A stretch of DNA of 64,000 bases from an uncultured Gemmatimonadales bacterium (GCA_963809895.1 CAWELD010000004.1:195356-259355), one strand, 5' to 3'. Positions 49,961 to 60,997 are shown, counted from the stretch's first letter. The notes: a model not told the origin generated them from the sequence alone. Program-made: numbers and translations.

Positions 49961-50632
49961 TCAGAAGACGACGCCGACCCCTGCCCTGAATTCCGACCAC
50001 CAGTCGCTGCCACAGAACGGCGTGTAGGTCGCCGCGTCGCCGCCGCAGCCCTCGAGGAAGACCCGGCGCGCTTGCCACTGGCCTACCGCCACCAGGGGCA
50101 GGGAGGCGACCGGCTTGAAAATCACCTCCCCCAGGCCGAGCACTCCGAACTGTGCGGACTTCCGCACGAACACTTTGGCGAACCGGTTCGAGACCGGCTG
50201 GTTGTCGCTGGTGCCGGTGCCTACGAGGATGCCCGGACCCACGGAGAGGCTGATCCGATCCACTGGAGTCCACGAATAGAGGGCGGATGCCGACACCGAC
50301 AGGAAGTGGTTCTCGGTGCTGATGCCCTCCGTCACACACTGAAAGTCCACCTGCGGGTTGATGCACGTCTCGCCCGTGCGCATCAACGAGCTGGTCCTGG
50401 TATCCACGCCGACCTGCACTCCCCAGGACTCGTTGACCGCGAAGGTCACGGCCGCACCCTGGAGGCCGACATTCGGGAACGCAGCGCTTCCGGAAACCCC
50501 CCGGCCCACCACCACGAAGGCGTTCTGAGCCGGGAGCGCGGCGGGCAACGTCGAGGCGACCGCGCACAGCAGGAGACTCGGGCGGCATCGGCCCCTGACG
50601 CGAGGACCTGCGGAAAGAAGCGGCGCTGACAT
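49961..50632 (-). CDS. Outer membrane beta-barrel-like exported protein
   Basis: Signal peptide (..ALPA-Q), two Cys pairs, terminal [10 protein letters not shown]. Confidence 0.7.
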   Translation of the reverse strand: MSAPLLSAGPRVRGRCRPSLLLCAVASTLPAALPAQNAFVVVGRGVSGSAAFPNVGLQGAAVTFAVNESWGVQVGVDTRTSSLMRTGETCINPQVDFQCVTEGISTENHFLSVSASALYSWTPVDRISLSVGPGILVGTGTSDNQPVSNRFAKVFVRKSAQFGVLGLGEVIFKPVASLPLVAVGQWQARRVFLEGCGGDAATYTPFCGSDWWSEFRAGVGVVF

Positions 50633-50676
50633 GCTGCAGCCCCAAGAAGGAGGAGGCGGGAAGGCCTTCTGTCAGG

Positions 50677-50695
50677 TTACCACACCAAGTGTGGC
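50677..50695. promoter_or_regulatory. CCACAC-N3-GTGTGG palindrome
   Basis: TTACCACACCAAGTGTGGC between the divergent OMP and ADOP; near copy at 53114. Confidence 0.55.
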
Positions 50696-50762
50696 GACGC
50701 AACAATTCCGCATGTGATTGCGGTCATATCCGCGCCTGGGCGGGGGGCGCCAGACTTGTTGG

Positions 50763-53099
50763 ATGACCCTCCTTCGACGTGTCTTCGTGCGCTCGCCGCG
50801 CTATGCCCTCGGCGTGATCGTGACCCTGGCCCTGGCCCTGGCCGGCGTGGACGTCCTGCTGGCCGTGGCCCGGCCGGTGCTGCTGAGCCCCCTCCCGTTC
50901 CCCGATGCCGACCAGCTGTACGAGGTGCGCGTACAGAGCCCCGACGAGGTCGACGCGGGTCCGGTGTCCCATCCGGGCTTCCTGAGACTGCGAGAGGCCG
51001 CGGGCTCGGCCGCGACCCTCGGTGCGTATCGCGCCACCGACCTGACGCTCACCGGCTCCGCTGCGGCGGAGGCCGTGCCGGGTGCGGTGGTGACCTGGGG
51101 CCTGGCCGAGACCCTGGGCACCCGGTTCGTCTCGGGACGTGCCTTCACGCAGGATGAGGACGCGCCCGGGGGGCCACCCGTGGCGATCGTCAGCCATGCG
51201 CTCTGGCAGCGTCGGTTCGGCGGAGATCCCGGGGCCATCGGACGCACGCTCGAGATCGCCGGATCCACGCATGCCATCGTCGGGATCCTGGCTCCGGAGA
51301 TGACCTATCCGTCCGGTGCGGAGATCTGGGTTCCGCTCCAGAACGACGACCTGCGTCGCGGCGATGCGTTTCGCTTTCTCTCGGTCCTGGCCCGCACCGC
51401 GAGCGGCGTGGACCGGAGCGCGCTGGGCGAGGCGCTGGGTCGAATCCCCGCCAGCGACGGCTCCGTGCGTGTCCAACCGCTGGTGGAGGCGCTGCTGGGC
51501 ACCATGCGGGGACGCGTTCTGGCGCTGGGCGCGGCGGTCCTGGCCACGCTGCTCACCGCGAGCTTGAGCCTGGGCGTGCTCGCGCTGGTACGCTCGATCA
51601 CCCGCCGAGGGGACCATGTCGTGCGACTGGCACTGGGAGCGCCGCGGGGTCGCCTGGCACGCGAGGTCGTCATGGAGCTGGCCGTGTTGGGACTCGCGGC
51701 CTCGGGCGTGGCGTGGCTGATCGCCACGGGAATTCTTCGCTTCGCAGCCTCTCTGGCACCTCCGGAGTTGTTGGCCCTGGGAACGCCGCGCACGTCGTGG
51801 CCGATCCTCGCCCTCGGGGCTCTTGTCGGTGTCGGAACGGCGCTGCTCGCGTCGCTCCTGCCGTGGGCGACCCTGCCATCGTCCGAGCTGGCCGCCCACA
51901 TCCGGGCCACCGGGACCGCACGGCGCGGCGGGCGGGCGTTCTCGGTTCTGATGGCCGCGCAGACGGCCGTTTCATTGGCGCTGAGTGCAGGCGCCATGGC
52001 CTGGGCATCGTCGCTGGTCCGCGCGAGCCGGGTGGAGTTGGGATTCGAAGCGCGCGGACTCACCGAGTTTCACCTGGGCCTCGGTGGGCCCGGGTATCGG
52101 ACCGGAGGCGCCAGGGTGCGCCTGGTGGACGATCTCCGGGCACGGCTCCGCGAGTTCCCCGGCGTGACCTCGGTGGGCGTGGCCCTCGGCACGCCGCTGT
52201 CGGGCAGCCGCATGCGTACCCGCGCCACCGTCGACGGAGACACGCGCGCTGCCGGTGACGTCATGCTCCAGCCCGCGTCGCCCGATCTCGTGACGACGCT
52301 GGGGCGGACCGTGGTGGAGGGCCGGGACTTCTCCGCCGACGACGACGGCGACGGCCGGCCGGTGGCCATGGTCAGCGAGGCCGCGGCCGCGGTGTTGTGG
52401 CCCGGCGAGTCACCCCTCGGCCGGACGCTGACGCTGGAGACCGAGCCCGGCGGATCGGAGGGCGCCCGGACCGTGGTCGGAGTCGTGTCCGACGTCAGCG
52501 GCGACCTGACCGGAGCGGCGCAGGCCGAAGTGCTGGTGCCGTATGCTCAGGCTGCCATCCCCAGTGTCGCCGTGGTCGTGCGCGGAGCGAGGTCGGGCTC
52601 GCTGAGCCTGAGCGATGCGCGTCGGGTCGTCGCCGCCCTCGACCCTTCGCTGCCCGTGACCGGGTTTCGGGCCGTGGCCGAGCACAGGGCCTCGATCCTC
52701 CGTCCGCTCCGACTCCAGACGGCGATCCTGGTGGGCTTCGCAGCGCTGGCCGTGCTGCTGGTGCTCGTGAGCGTGTACGCCGTGACCGCCTCGCTGGTCG
52801 CGGATCGGCGGCGCGAGCTCGGCGTGCGCATCGCCCTCGGGTCCAGCCCGGGAGCGGTGCGCCTGGAGGTGTTGCGGTGGGGCCTGGGGCCCGTGCTCGT
52901 GGGCCTCGCGGCGGGCGGGGCGCTGGCGGTCTGGGCCACGGGCCTCATGGCGGCGGGGGCGGCGGCACCGGCGATGCACCTGTCCTGGCCCATGATCGTC
53001 CTTCCGGCGCTGGGCCTGGTGCTCCTGAGCGCGTTCTCCCTCCTCCACCCCCTGCGCACCGTTCGCGGAATCTCGGCGATCCGGGTCCTGGCGTCGTAG
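50763..53099 (+). CDS. ADOP family duplicated permease (no N-terminal prefix)
   Basis: VTLALALAG..LLSPLPFPDAD; VRLALGA; RRRELGVRIALG. Confidence 0.88.
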   Translation: MTLLRRVFVRSPRYALGVIVTLALALAGVDVLLAVARPVLLSPLPFPDADQLYEVRVQSPDEVDAGPVSHPGFLRLREAAGSAATLGAYRATDLTLTGSAAAEAVPGAVVTWGLAETLGTRFVSGRAFTQDEDAPGGPPVAIVSHALWQRRFGGDPGAIGRTLEIAGSTHAIVGILAPEMTYPSGAEIWVPLQNDDLRRGDAFRFLSVLARTASGVDRSALGEALGRIPASDGSVRVQPLVEALLGTMRGRVLALGAAVLATLLTASLSLGVLALVRSITRRGDHVVRLALGAPRGRLAREVVMELAVLGLAASGVAWLIATGILRFAASLAPPELLALGTPRTSWPILALGALVGVGTALLASLLPWATLPSSELAAHIRATGTARRGGRAFSVLMAAQTAVSLALSAGAMAWASSLVRASRVELGFEARGLTEFHLGLGGPGYRTGGARVRLVDDLRARLREFPGVTSVGVALGTPLSGSRMRTRATVDGDTRAAGDVMLQPASPDLVTTLGRTVVEGRDFSADDDGDGRPVAMVSEAAAAVLWPGESPLGRTLTLETEPGGSEGARTVVGVVSDVSGDLTGAAQAEVLVPYAQAAIPSVAVVVRGARSGSLSLSDARRVVAALDPSLPVTGFRAVAEHRASILRPLRLQTAILVGFAALAVLLVLVSVYAVTASLVADRRRELGVRIALGSSPGAVRLEVLRWGLGPVLVGLAAGGALAVWATGLMAAGAAAPAMHLSWPMIVLPALGLVLLSAFSLLHPLRTVRGISAIRVLAS

Positions 53100-53108
53100 G
53101 TCCCTCCG

Positions 53109-53137
53109 TTGAATTACCACACCAGGTGAGGTATTAT
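53109..53137 (+). promoter_or_regulatory. Sigma70-like promoter with palindrome in the spacer
   Basis: TTGAAT-N17-TATTAT; TACCACACC-A-GGTGAGGTA spans the spacer. Confidence 0.6.
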
Positions 53138-53145
53138 CGGAGGAC

Positions 53146-53619
53146 ATGGCCACCTTTCGCCTCACCGTCAACGGCTCGGTCCACGTGGTGGACGCGGAGC
53201 CGAGCACGCCCCTGCTCTGGGTGCTCCGGGACGTCCTGAACCTCACGGGCACCAAGTACGGTTGCGGCCAGGGTCTGTGCGGCGCGTGCACGGTGCACGT
53301 GGACGGCCACGCCCAGCCCTCCTGCCTGCTCCCGGTGGAGTCCGTCACGGATGCCGAGGTTCTGACTATCGAAGGGCTTTCCGACGACGGGAGCCATCCG
53401 GTGCAACGGGCCTGGATCGACCTGGCGGTCCCCCAGTGCGGATACTGCCAGGCGGGGCAGGTCATGCAGGCCGCGGCCTTCCTGGCCCGCAACGCCGATC
53501 CCTCGGATGACGACACCCGGCGGGCGATGAATCCCAACCTCTGTCGATGTGGCACCTACGGGCGGATCCTGAAGGCGGTGCGGCGCGCGGCCGAGTCGCG
53601 CCGGGGAGACGAGGGATGA
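53146..53619 (+). CDS. iorA: (2Fe-2S)-binding subunit, isoquinoline 1-oxidoreductase alpha-like
   Basis: [34 protein letters not shown]. Confidence 0.93.
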   Translation: MATFRLTVNGSVHVVDAEPSTPLLWVLRDVLNLTGTKYGCGQGLCGACTVHVDGHAQPSCLLPVESVTDAEVLTIEGLSDDGSHPVQRAWIDLAVPQCGYCQAGQVMQAAAFLARNADPSDDDTRRAMNPNLCRCGTYGRILKAVRRAAESRRGDEG

Positions 53620-55826
53620 CGGATGGGATCACGCGCCGGCGCTTCCTGAGGATCTCCGCCACGGCCGGCGGCGGACTCCTGGTGGGCGTCGGCTTGGGGT
53701 TCCGGCGACCCGGAACCGGCGAAGGGCCCCTGCCTGCCGAGGACTGGATCGAGGCCAACGCGTTCCTGGAGATCTCGACGGAGGGCGCCATTCGCATCGG
53801 TGCTCCCGTCCCGGAGATGGGGCAGGGCGTCTCCGCGGCGCTTCCCCTGATGGTGGCCCACGAGCTCGCGGTGCCCCTGGACACCGTGACTGTATGGCGC
53901 CCGCCGGCCGACGGAAGATACGGCTCCATGGCCGCGGCGGGGAGCGATTCGGTGGTGGACTACTGGGAGCCACTGCGAGAGGCGGGGGCCGCTGCCCGCC
54001 AGGCGCTTCTGGCCGCCGGCGCCGCCCGTTGGGGGGTCGACGTGAGCGAGTGCTCCATCGACGCGGCCACGGTGCTGCATGCCGCCACGGGCCGGAGACT
54101 CGGCTACGGAAGCCTCGTGGCCGACGCCGTGGCGTTGGCGCCCACCGATGCGATCCCGCTGCCCTGGCCCCCCGGCGGAACGGCGGACCATCCCCGCGAT
54201 CCGGAGCTCGAGGGCATCGTCACCGGGCGCACCCGCTACGGCCTCGATGTTCGTCCCGAGGGATTGCTCTACGCCGTCGTGGCCCGGCCGCCGGTCGAGG
54301 GCCAACGCGTGGCCGCCTACGATGCCGACGCGGCACGATCGGTGCCCGGGGTGGTACACGTGGCCGCCATCGAGCCGTTCATGATCCAGGGACTCCGCTA
54401 CGGCCGGGTCCGGGGCGGTGTGGCGGTGGTGGCGACGTCCACCTGGGCCGCAATCCGGGGCCGGGAACGCCTGGGCATGGAATGGTCGGGTGACGTTGCC
54501 GAGCCCTCCAATGACACGGCGCTCTTCCAGCGGATGCGCGTCGTAGCGAACGAAGCGCCGGAGCGGATCGTCCGAAGCGAAGGACAGGCACGTCCGACCG
54601 TGGATCGCTGGGTCGAGCGCCGCTACGAGCTCCCCCTGGTGGCGCACGGCTGCCTCGAGCCGGTGAATTTCACCGCCCGCGTCGACGCCGACCGATGCGA
54701 CGCGCAGGGTCCGGTCCAGAATCCTCGGTTCCTGCGGGCCCTCATCGCGGCGGCCCTGGGCATGGCTCCCGAAGCCGTCGCGGTGCAGCCCACCCGCATC
54801 GGCGGAGGCTTCGGACGCCGGCTGGCCGTGGACTACGGCGTCGAGGCGGCGCTGGTAGCGCGCACGCTTCCCGGACGCTGGGTCCAGGTGGTGTGGACTC
54901 GTGAAGACGCCTTCGCCCACGACTACTTCCGTCCTCCCGCGGTCCATCGGCTTCGCGCCGGCCTGGGGCCCGGCGGCGACCTGCTGGCGTGGGAGCACCA
55001 CCTGGTCACGAGCTCGCTGGCACGCCATACGGTGGGGCCCGAAGCGCCGGAGCCGGCTATCTACGACGTCCAGGGTGCGGACTACGTCCCGCTGCACGCC
55101 CCCTGGATACGACTGGGGCACTCCTCCGTCGATGTCCCTCTCCAGCTCGGCTCGCTGCGCTCCGTGGCACACTCCTTCAACACCTTCGCCGTGTGCTCCT
55201 TTCTCGACGAGCTCGCGCAGGAGACCGGGGTCGATTCGCTGGAATTCCACCGCCGGGTCATCGGCGAGCCACGCATCCAGGACATCGGGCTGGATCTGTC
55301 GGGAAGCCGGGGCCGGGTCCGGGTGGACACAGCTCGCCTGCGACGTGTCCTGGATTCAGCCGCGGACGCAGCAGGCTGGGGGGATCCCACCCCGGAGGGA
55401 CACGGTCTGGGACTGGCGTGGAGCGTCTTCAAGGGGACGTACGCAGCCCATGTGGCCCGCGTCGAGCCCGACGAGGACGGACGGCACCGGGTGACCCGGG
55501 TGGTGGCCGCCGTCGACTGTGGCACCCTCGTGAACCCCGATGGGATCCGTGCCCAGTGCGAGGGCGCGGTCATGGACGGCTTGGCCACGGTGCTGCACTG
55601 GCGTGTGCCCTTCGAGAACGGGATGGTCGTGCCGCGGAACTTCGACGGATTCCCCCTTCTGCGAATGCGTGAAGCTCCCGACGTCGAGGTGCTGCTCCTC
55701 CCCAGCGGTGATCCTCCCACGGGCATGGGAGAGCCGCCCTATCCCTCGGTGCCTCCGGCCGTCACGGCGGCCTTCCACGCAGCCACCGGCCGTCGCCACC
55801 GCAGCCTCCCCATCCTGTCCGGGTGA
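53616..55826 (+). CDS. iorB: Xanthine dehydrogenase-family molybdopterin subunit, isoquinoline 1-oxidoreductase beta-like (Tat)
   Basis: TRRRFL Tat motif, EMGQG, GGGFGRR, VDCG..NPDG, GMGEP. Confidence 0.92.
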   Translation: MTDGITRRRFLRISATAGGGLLVGVGLGFRRPGTGEGPLPAEDWIEANAFLEISTEGAIRIGAPVPEMGQGVSAALPLMVAHELAVPLDTVTVWRPPADGRYGSMAAAGSDSVVDYWEPLREAGAAARQALLAAGAARWGVDVSECSIDAATVLHAATGRRLGYGSLVADAVALAPTDAIPLPWPPGGTADHPRDPELEGIVTGRTRYGLDVRPEGLLYAVVARPPVEGQRVAAYDADAARSVPGVVHVAAIEPFMIQGLRYGRVRGGVAVVATSTWAAIRGRERLGMEWSGDVAEPSNDTALFQRMRVVANEAPERIVRSEGQARPTVDRWVERRYELPLVAHGCLEPVNFTARVDADRCDAQGPVQNPRFLRALIAAALGMAPEAVAVQPTRIGGGFGRRLAVDYGVEAALVARTLPGRWVQVVWTREDAFAHDYFRPPAVHRLRAGLGPGGDLLAWEHHLVTSSLARHTVGPEAPEPAIYDVQGADYVPLHAPWIRLGHSSVDVPLQLGSLRSVAHSFNTFAVCSFLDELAQETGVDSLEFHRRVIGEPRIQDIGLDLSGSRGRVRVDTARLRRVLDSAADAAGWGDPTPEGHGLGLAWSVFKGTYAAHVARVEPDEDGRHRVTRVVAAVDCGTLVNPDGIRAQCEGAVMDGLATVLHWRVPFENGMVVPRNFDGFPLLRMREAPDVEVLLLPSGDPPTGMGEPPYPSVPPAVTAAFHAATGRRHRSLPILSG

Positions 55827-55827
55827 C

Positions 55828-56268
55828 TCAGGCTGTGCTGGCGGGCCGCTCCCAATCGTGCGTGCCGTTCCACGAGACGATCCAGGCGATGCGGCGCCGC
55901 TCCAGCGCTTCGACGTGATCCGCGGACACGAAGCGGCGGCCCCCTGACCACAGCCCCTTCGGATAGACGAGGACGATGTCCTCTCGCAGAAACCGGCCGA
56001 CGAAGCGCGCCACCTCCTCCATGGCCTCGCGCTCGTACCCGTCAGGGACCACGTATTGTGCCTCCAGCCACCCGGGCTCGTGGTCGTCGACGTGGAAGTG
56101 GATGTCCACGTCCCCGTCCAACCTCACCTCCACGACCAGGCGAAGGGTGCCGTACGGCCGGCGCGTCTCGCGTGCGAACGCGGCATCCCCCGACGACTCC
56201 CATCCGTCTCCTCCGTGGACCCGGAGAAGCTCGTGAAGAACGGCCGCGCGTTCCGAGTTGGACATCAT
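55828..56268 (-). CDS. Hypothetical protein
   Basis: ATG after GAGGGG; protein-like composition; fills the gap between iorB-like gene and ADOP. Confidence 0.6.
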   Translation of the reverse strand: MMSNSERAAVLHELLRVHGGDGWESSGDAAFARETRRPYGTLRLVVEVRLDGDVDIHFHVDDHEPGWLEAQYVVPDGYEREAMEEVARFVGRFLREDIVLVYPKGLWSGGRRFVSADHVEALERRRIAWIVSWNGTHDWERPASTA

Positions 56269-56428
56269 GGACCCCCTCCCTCGACGATCACTTCGCCCCC
56301 GGCAGGCCTGGTTGCCCGAGCCAGCCCGGGAGCATGCACCACCCACCCACGCGCAGAAACCGGCGCCCGGGTATCAGAAGATTCCTTCACACTTCACCTG
56401 TCGCGGGCTCCCGTCTCATCTTGAGATC

Positions 56429-58783
56429 ATGAACATCCTCCGCGTGCTCCGCCAAGCCCTGCGCTCGCTGGCTCGTCACGCAGGCACCACGCTGGTGGCG
56501 ATCCTGTCCATCGGGGTCGGCATGGGCGCGAACCTCGCGCTCCTGGGGTGGGCATGGTCCATGACCTACCAGGAGCGCGACACGCCCGGTGGTGGTCGTT
56601 TGCTCTGGGTATCCGTGATCGAGCCCGGCGATGCGGGAACGAGCGTGCTCCCGCCACCGGACGAGGCCCTCGCCCTCCTCAACGGAGGGGCGTCGTGGGA
56701 CGCGGTGGGCGCCTGGGACGGCTCGCTGGCCAGCGTCTCGGCGGCGGGCGCCACAGGTCGAGAATGGGTCCGTTGGACCACCCCGGGCTTCTTGCGGGGG
56801 ATGGGCCTCCACGCCGCTGCCGGCCGCTTCTTCGTGGCCGGCGATACGCTGCCTGCCGGCGAGCCGGTGGCCCTGGTGTCCCGGAACCGTGCGGTCGCCC
56901 GCTGGGGATCTCCTGAAGCCGCCCTGGGTGAGACGCTTCGCGTCGACGGGGTGCCGCACCGGATCGTGGGAGTCATCGGAGCCGACTGGGACGCCGGCGA
57001 GTTCGCCGTGCACCTCCCCCTGGCCGCGTCGCGGGACCGCGGCCGCCACCGCGCCCGCATGTGGGTGCATCTGCCCGAGAGTGGCCCCGACGCCAGGGCC
57101 CGGGCGAACGACGAAATCCGCGCTCGGCTCAGCACGCTGAGGACGGGAGACGGGCGCGTCGTCGGCATACGCACCGGTGGTGAGAAGGAGGTGCTCAGGA
57201 GTGGCTCCCCGATCCAGCTGCGACCCTTCTTGCTCCCGCTCGCGGTCCTCCTGCTGGCGTGCGTCAACGTAGCCACCGTGCTCCTGGCTCGCGGCGCCGC
57301 GCGGGCGCCTGCCCTGGCCACGCAGAGGATGCTCGGGGCCGGGGCGTGGCACGTGCTTCGCCCACTGCTGGCGGAGAGCGCGCTGCTGGCCACCGCATCG
57401 GCAGCGCTCGCCCTGCTCTTCGCCGAGGTGGCCTTTCGCACGATCCTGTCCCTGCCGGGTCCCGACGCCCCCCGCCTGGGGATTCCCGTGCTCCTGGCCG
57501 CGGGCGCACTCGTCCTGCTCGTCGTACTTGCCGCGGGAGCGTGGCCCGCCGCCGCAGCGCTGCGGGTGCGCGCCGGAGACCTCCTCCGCACGGCCCACAC
57601 CACCGGTACCGGAGGCCGGCCTCTGGGGCTCCGCTCGGTGCTCTTCGCCGTGGAGGCCGCGCTGGCCACGGCGCTGGTCCTCTTCGCCTGCGAGTCGGCG
57701 GGCTTCGCGCTGGCCGAGGCGCGGCGGGGCGTCGGATTCGAGCCCTCCGCCATGGCGGAGACCGATCTCGACGTGGACCAGGTGGCCGGAGGATTCCCGA
57801 CACTGGCTGCATGGGTCGACGGAATGGTGAATCGCGTCGATGTGGTGGCGGCGGGAGGCATGACGGTGCGACCGCTGACGGCTCCCGACGCCCTGGACGT
57901 GGACGGCGCACCGATCACGGTCCCGGAGCGGGCGGCGCCCCGGGCTCCGCGGCTCGCATGGATCACCCGCGATCTGAGGCGCGCACTCGGGCTGCCCCTC
58001 CTGAGGGGGCGTGACCCCACGACAGCCGAGTTCCAGGCGGGCGACCCCGTGGTGCTCATCAACGACGCGGCGGCACGGCTCCTGTTCATGGACCGGCCCA
58101 GCGCGCTGGGCGCCCGCATCGGCGTGCTCCCGCCCGGGAGCGGCGGGCGGATCACGCTCACCGTGGTGGGCATCGTCGCAGACATGCGCGACCAGCCGCT
58201 CTTCCAGGACGACGCGCCACCGGCCCTGTACACTCCCTGGCATGAGGCTGCGGGTGGCATGGCGCGCATCTACGTCCGCGGTGCGACGGCCGCCGCCGCG
58301 GAGAACGCGCTCCGTGGAGCCTTGGAGCGGAACCTCGCCGGCACCACACCGCCCCCGGTCCGATCCACGGCCGACGCGGTACGGGAGCAGACCGCCGCGC
58401 CGCGTCTCCAGGCCTGGCTCACCGGTGCGGCGGGCACCTTCGCGCTCCTGCTGGCCGCGCTGGGGTTGTTCGGCATCACCGCTCTGGTCGTGGCGGGGGA
58501 ACGTCGAGGGCTGGGGGTGCGTGCCGCCCTGGGCGCCGGGCCCCTGGCGTTGGTGGCTGTCGCGCTGCGGCGGATCGTGATCCCCGTCGCCGTGGGCGTA
58601 CTGGCCGGAGCGGGATTCCGGGCACTGCTGGCCGGGTACGCGGTCCGCGGCGCCGGTGGCATGCCGGTGCATCCCTGGCTGGTCGCGGCGGCCGTGGTCG
58701 CTGCGGCGCTGTCGGCTGCCGCCGCACCCCCACTCTGGCGCGCCGCGCACCTGGATCCGGCCCGCACCCTGCGCGAAGAATGA
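56429..58783 (+). CDS. Divergent ADOP-like duplicated permease (no N-terminal prefix)
   Basis: SIGVGMGANLAL, LACVNVATVLLAR, RRGLGVRAALGA, DPARTLREE. Confidence 0.85.
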   Translation: MNILRVLRQALRSLARHAGTTLVAILSIGVGMGANLALLGWAWSMTYQERDTPGGGRLLWVSVIEPGDAGTSVLPPPDEALALLNGGASWDAVGAWDGSLASVSAAGATGREWVRWTTPGFLRGMGLHAAAGRFFVAGDTLPAGEPVALVSRNRAVARWGSPEAALGETLRVDGVPHRIVGVIGADWDAGEFAVHLPLAASRDRGRHRARMWVHLPESGPDARARANDEIRARLSTLRTGDGRVVGIRTGGEKEVLRSGSPIQLRPFLLPLAVLLLACVNVATVLLARGAARAPALATQRMLGAGAWHVLRPLLAESALLATASAALALLFAEVAFRTILSLPGPDAPRLGIPVLLAAGALVLLVVLAAGAWPAAAALRVRAGDLLRTAHTTGTGGRPLGLRSVLFAVEAALATALVLFACESAGFALAEARRGVGFEPSAMAETDLDVDQVAGGFPTLAAWVDGMVNRVDVVAAGGMTVRPLTAPDALDVDGAPITVPERAAPRAPRLAWITRDLRRALGLPLLRGRDPTTAEFQAGDPVVLINDAAARLLFMDRPSALGARIGVLPPGSGGRITLTVVGIVADMRDQPLFQDDAPPALYTPWHEAAGGMARIYVRGATAAAAENALRGALERNLAGTTPPPVRSTADAVREQTAAPRLQAWLTGAAGTFALLLAALGLFGITALVVAGERRGLGVRAALGAGPLALVAVALRRIVIPVAVGVLAGAGFRALLAGYAVRGAGGMPVHPWLVAAAVVAAALSAAAAPPLWRAAHLDPARTLREE

Positions 58784-58798
58784 AGCACCGTCCCCCGC

Positions 58799-59467
58799 TC
58801 ACGAGCTGGTGGCGAGCGCCTCCAGTCGCGGGCCGTCGGCGATGCAGTACCGCGCCCGGCCGCGCCGCACGAGCACGCCGGTGCCCACCAACTCACCGAG
58901 GCGTCGAGCCACCACCTCGCGCACGGTGCCCAGATCCTGCGCGAGCTGTGCCTGGGTCATCCCCAGGTCGAAGTCCTCTCTCGACGAGGCTTCGGCCCGC
59001 GCCAGAAGGTGGCGTGCCAGCCGGGTCCGCACCGAGTCGGCGACGCGATCCTCCAGCCGGCCCGCCAGGACGCGCACCCGCTCCCCGAGGCTTCGCAGGA
59101 AGGTCGCCGCCAGCGCCGGATCGACCTTCATGGCCGCCATCACGCTGCTCCTGGACAACACCAGCATCCGCACCGGCGACTCCGCCACCAGCGAGGCCGG
59201 GTACAGGCCGCCGTCGAAGAGAGGGATCTCGCCGAGGGTGTCCCCACCCCGAGCCCGGTGCACCACCGTCTCGCGGCCGGCCCTGGCCCGGATCGCGCGC
59301 GCGGTCCCGGCCAGGAGAACATGCAACGACGAGGCACGGGTCCCCTGGCGCCAGATCACGCTCCCCGACGGATAGGCGCGTTCCGAGGCTCCAACCAGGA
59401 GCGCGCGGGCAGCCTCCTCCGAGAGCCCCTGGAATGACGGGATGCGCCGCAGTTCGTCGGTGGTCAT
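58799..59467 (-). CDS. Crp/Fnr family transcriptional regulator
   Basis: cNMP fold (GDTLGEIPLFDGGLYPAS), HTH TQAQLAQDLGTVREVVARRL; no FNR Cys cluster. Confidence 0.93.
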   Translation of the reverse strand: MTTDELRRIPSFQGLSEEAARALLVGASERAYPSGSVIWRQGTRASSLHVLLAGTARAIRARAGRETVVHRARGGDTLGEIPLFDGGLYPASLVAESPVRMLVLSRSSVMAAMKVDPALAATFLRSLGERVRVLAGRLEDRVADSVRTRLARHLLARAEASSREDFDLGMTQAQLAQDLGTVREVVARRLGELVGTGVLVRRGRARYCIADGPRLEALATSS

Positions 59468-59520
59468 GCTGTGATCTAGGTAGCCGCAGTCCCCTGGATC
59501 AAGTTGCGGGTGCGCTGGAC

Positions 59521-59536
59521 TGTGACCGGAGTCATA
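59521..59536. promoter_or_regulatory. CRP-type box
   Basis: TGTGA-CCGGAG-TCATA, 9/10 match to TGTGA-N6-TCACA, between Crp/Fnr and the divergent gene. Confidence 0.7.
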
Positions 59537-59615
59537 CTCCGCGGACGGCACTTCCGACGACTATCCTGCCGTCCTGCCACCCGAAAAGCCCTGAACCTTC
59601 GTCCCGGAGAGGCCC

Positions 59616-60194
59616 ATGAGAGGCATTCGTTGGATCGCGGCCCTGATCGCCGTCGTGGTCATCGTGACCACCAAGCTGGCCACCCGGTCGGCGAGCGCGA
59701 CCGACAGCCCGGCGGACAATGAGCCGACCGCGGCGGCCCAGGCGCTCCCCACCGAGATGGGACAGGCGACCTTCGCGGCCGTGGCCGAGATCGTGGCCAT
59801 GCTGGAGAGCGACCCCGACACCGACTGGTCCAAGGTCGACATCGCGGGCCTCCGCGAGCACCTGGTGGACATGAACCGGGTCATGGTCGAGGCGCAGGTG
59901 TCGCAGCGGGACGTGGAGGGCGGCGTGGAGATGACCGTGCGCGGACCGGACGACGTGCTGGACGCCGCCCGTCGCATGGTGCAGGCTCATTCGAGCATGA
60001 TGGGTCCTCAGGACGCCGCCACCCTGACCGTCGACGATCGTGGTGACGCCCTGGTCCTGACGTGGACCACCGACGACCAGGACCGGGTCGCCGAGCTGCG
60101 GGGCCTGGGCTTCTTCGGCTTCCTGGCCCGGGGCGGCCACCACCAGCGGCATCACCTCATGCTGGCCCGGGGGATGAATCCCCACGGCGGGTGA
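59616..60194 (+). CDS. Exported hypothetical protein with His-rich C-terminus
   Basis: Signal/TM; DPDTDWSKVDIAGLREHLVDM; AHSSMM; GGHHQRHH. Confidence 0.8.
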   Translation: MRGIRWIAALIAVVVIVTTKLATRSASATDSPADNEPTAAAQALPTEMGQATFAAVAEIVAMLESDPDTDWSKVDIAGLREHLVDMNRVMVEAQVSQRDVEGGVEMTVRGPDDVLDAARRMVQAHSSMMGPQDAATLTVDDRGDALVLTWTTDDQDRVAELRGLGFFGFLARGGHHQRHHLMLARGMNPHGG

Positions 60195-60397
60195 GCTGTC
60201 CGGATCCGGGACGGGGATTCCCGCAAGCGCACGGGGGGTCCCCTCCTGCCGCCGCGTACCAGGTCCCGGATGTCCCTATGTGACAAGACATTGCGCATGC
60301 TCGACCGAGGCACGGCTCCTGCAGGATAAGGCCTTTCTCTGATCCTCGCTCCGCGAGCGAGGGCACCCCACTGGCGGACACGAATGGGAGAGGCACG

Positions 60398-60979
60398 ATG
60401 AGGATGACGACGAGGACGATGTTCGGGGGCGGCACTCTCGCGATTCTGGCCCTTCTGGCGCCCGCGACGCTGCACGCCCAGGCCGCCCTGGATCAGGGGA
60501 GCCTTCAGGTCGGCGGATCCGCCAGCGTGGTCAGCACGAAGAGCTCGGGGTCCGACTCGCGCACCACGAGCCTGACGCTCGCCCCGACGGTGCTGTACTT
60601 CGCGCAGCACGGACTGGCCGTCGGCGGCACCCTCCTGCTCTCCCACACGAGCCGGGACGAGACGAGCGGTACCACGTGGTCGATCGGACCCAGCGCCGCC
60701 TACTACTTCGACACCGGTGACGAGTCGCTCCATCCCTTCGTGCAGGGCACCGTGGCCTTCGGGAAGAGCACCAGCGATGCAGACGTCGGCAATACCAGCG
60801 TCAGCTCCACTGTGAGCATGACCGAGTTCCGGGCCGATGCCGGCATCCTGAAGCTGGTCACCGGGAGCGTGGGCATCACCGTGGCGGCCTTCTACGACCG
60901 CGTGAGCTTCGGCGACGACGGCGACGGCCACAACGAAGGCATCGGCGCCACCGCCGGGTTCGCGATCTTCGTTCCCTGA
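60398..60979 (+). CDS. Outer membrane beta-barrel protein
   Basis: Signal peptide (..LHA-Q), Ser/Thr-rich loops, IGPSAAYYF, HPFVQG, terminal GFAIF. Confidence 0.8.
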   Translation: MRMTTRTMFGGGTLAILALLAPATLHAQAALDQGSLQVGGSASVVSTKSSGSDSRTTSLTLAPTVLYFAQHGLAVGGTLLLSHTSRDETSGTTWSIGPSAAYYFDTGDESLHPFVQGTVAFGKSTSDADVGNTSVSSTVSMTEFRADAGILKLVTGSVGITVAAFYDRVSFGDDGDGHNEGIGATAGFAIFVP

Positions 60980-60997
60980 GGAAGTCGGAGAGCAGAT

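Noticed and set aside
47177..50629. 1150-aa ORF as a novel ADOP fusion
   Set aside because: The C-terminal half is out-of-frame read-through after the ~49044 frameshift and overlaps a real minus-strand gene
60278..60291. ATGT-N6-ACAT as an operator
   Set aside because: 4-bp arms are expected by chance and there is no second copy
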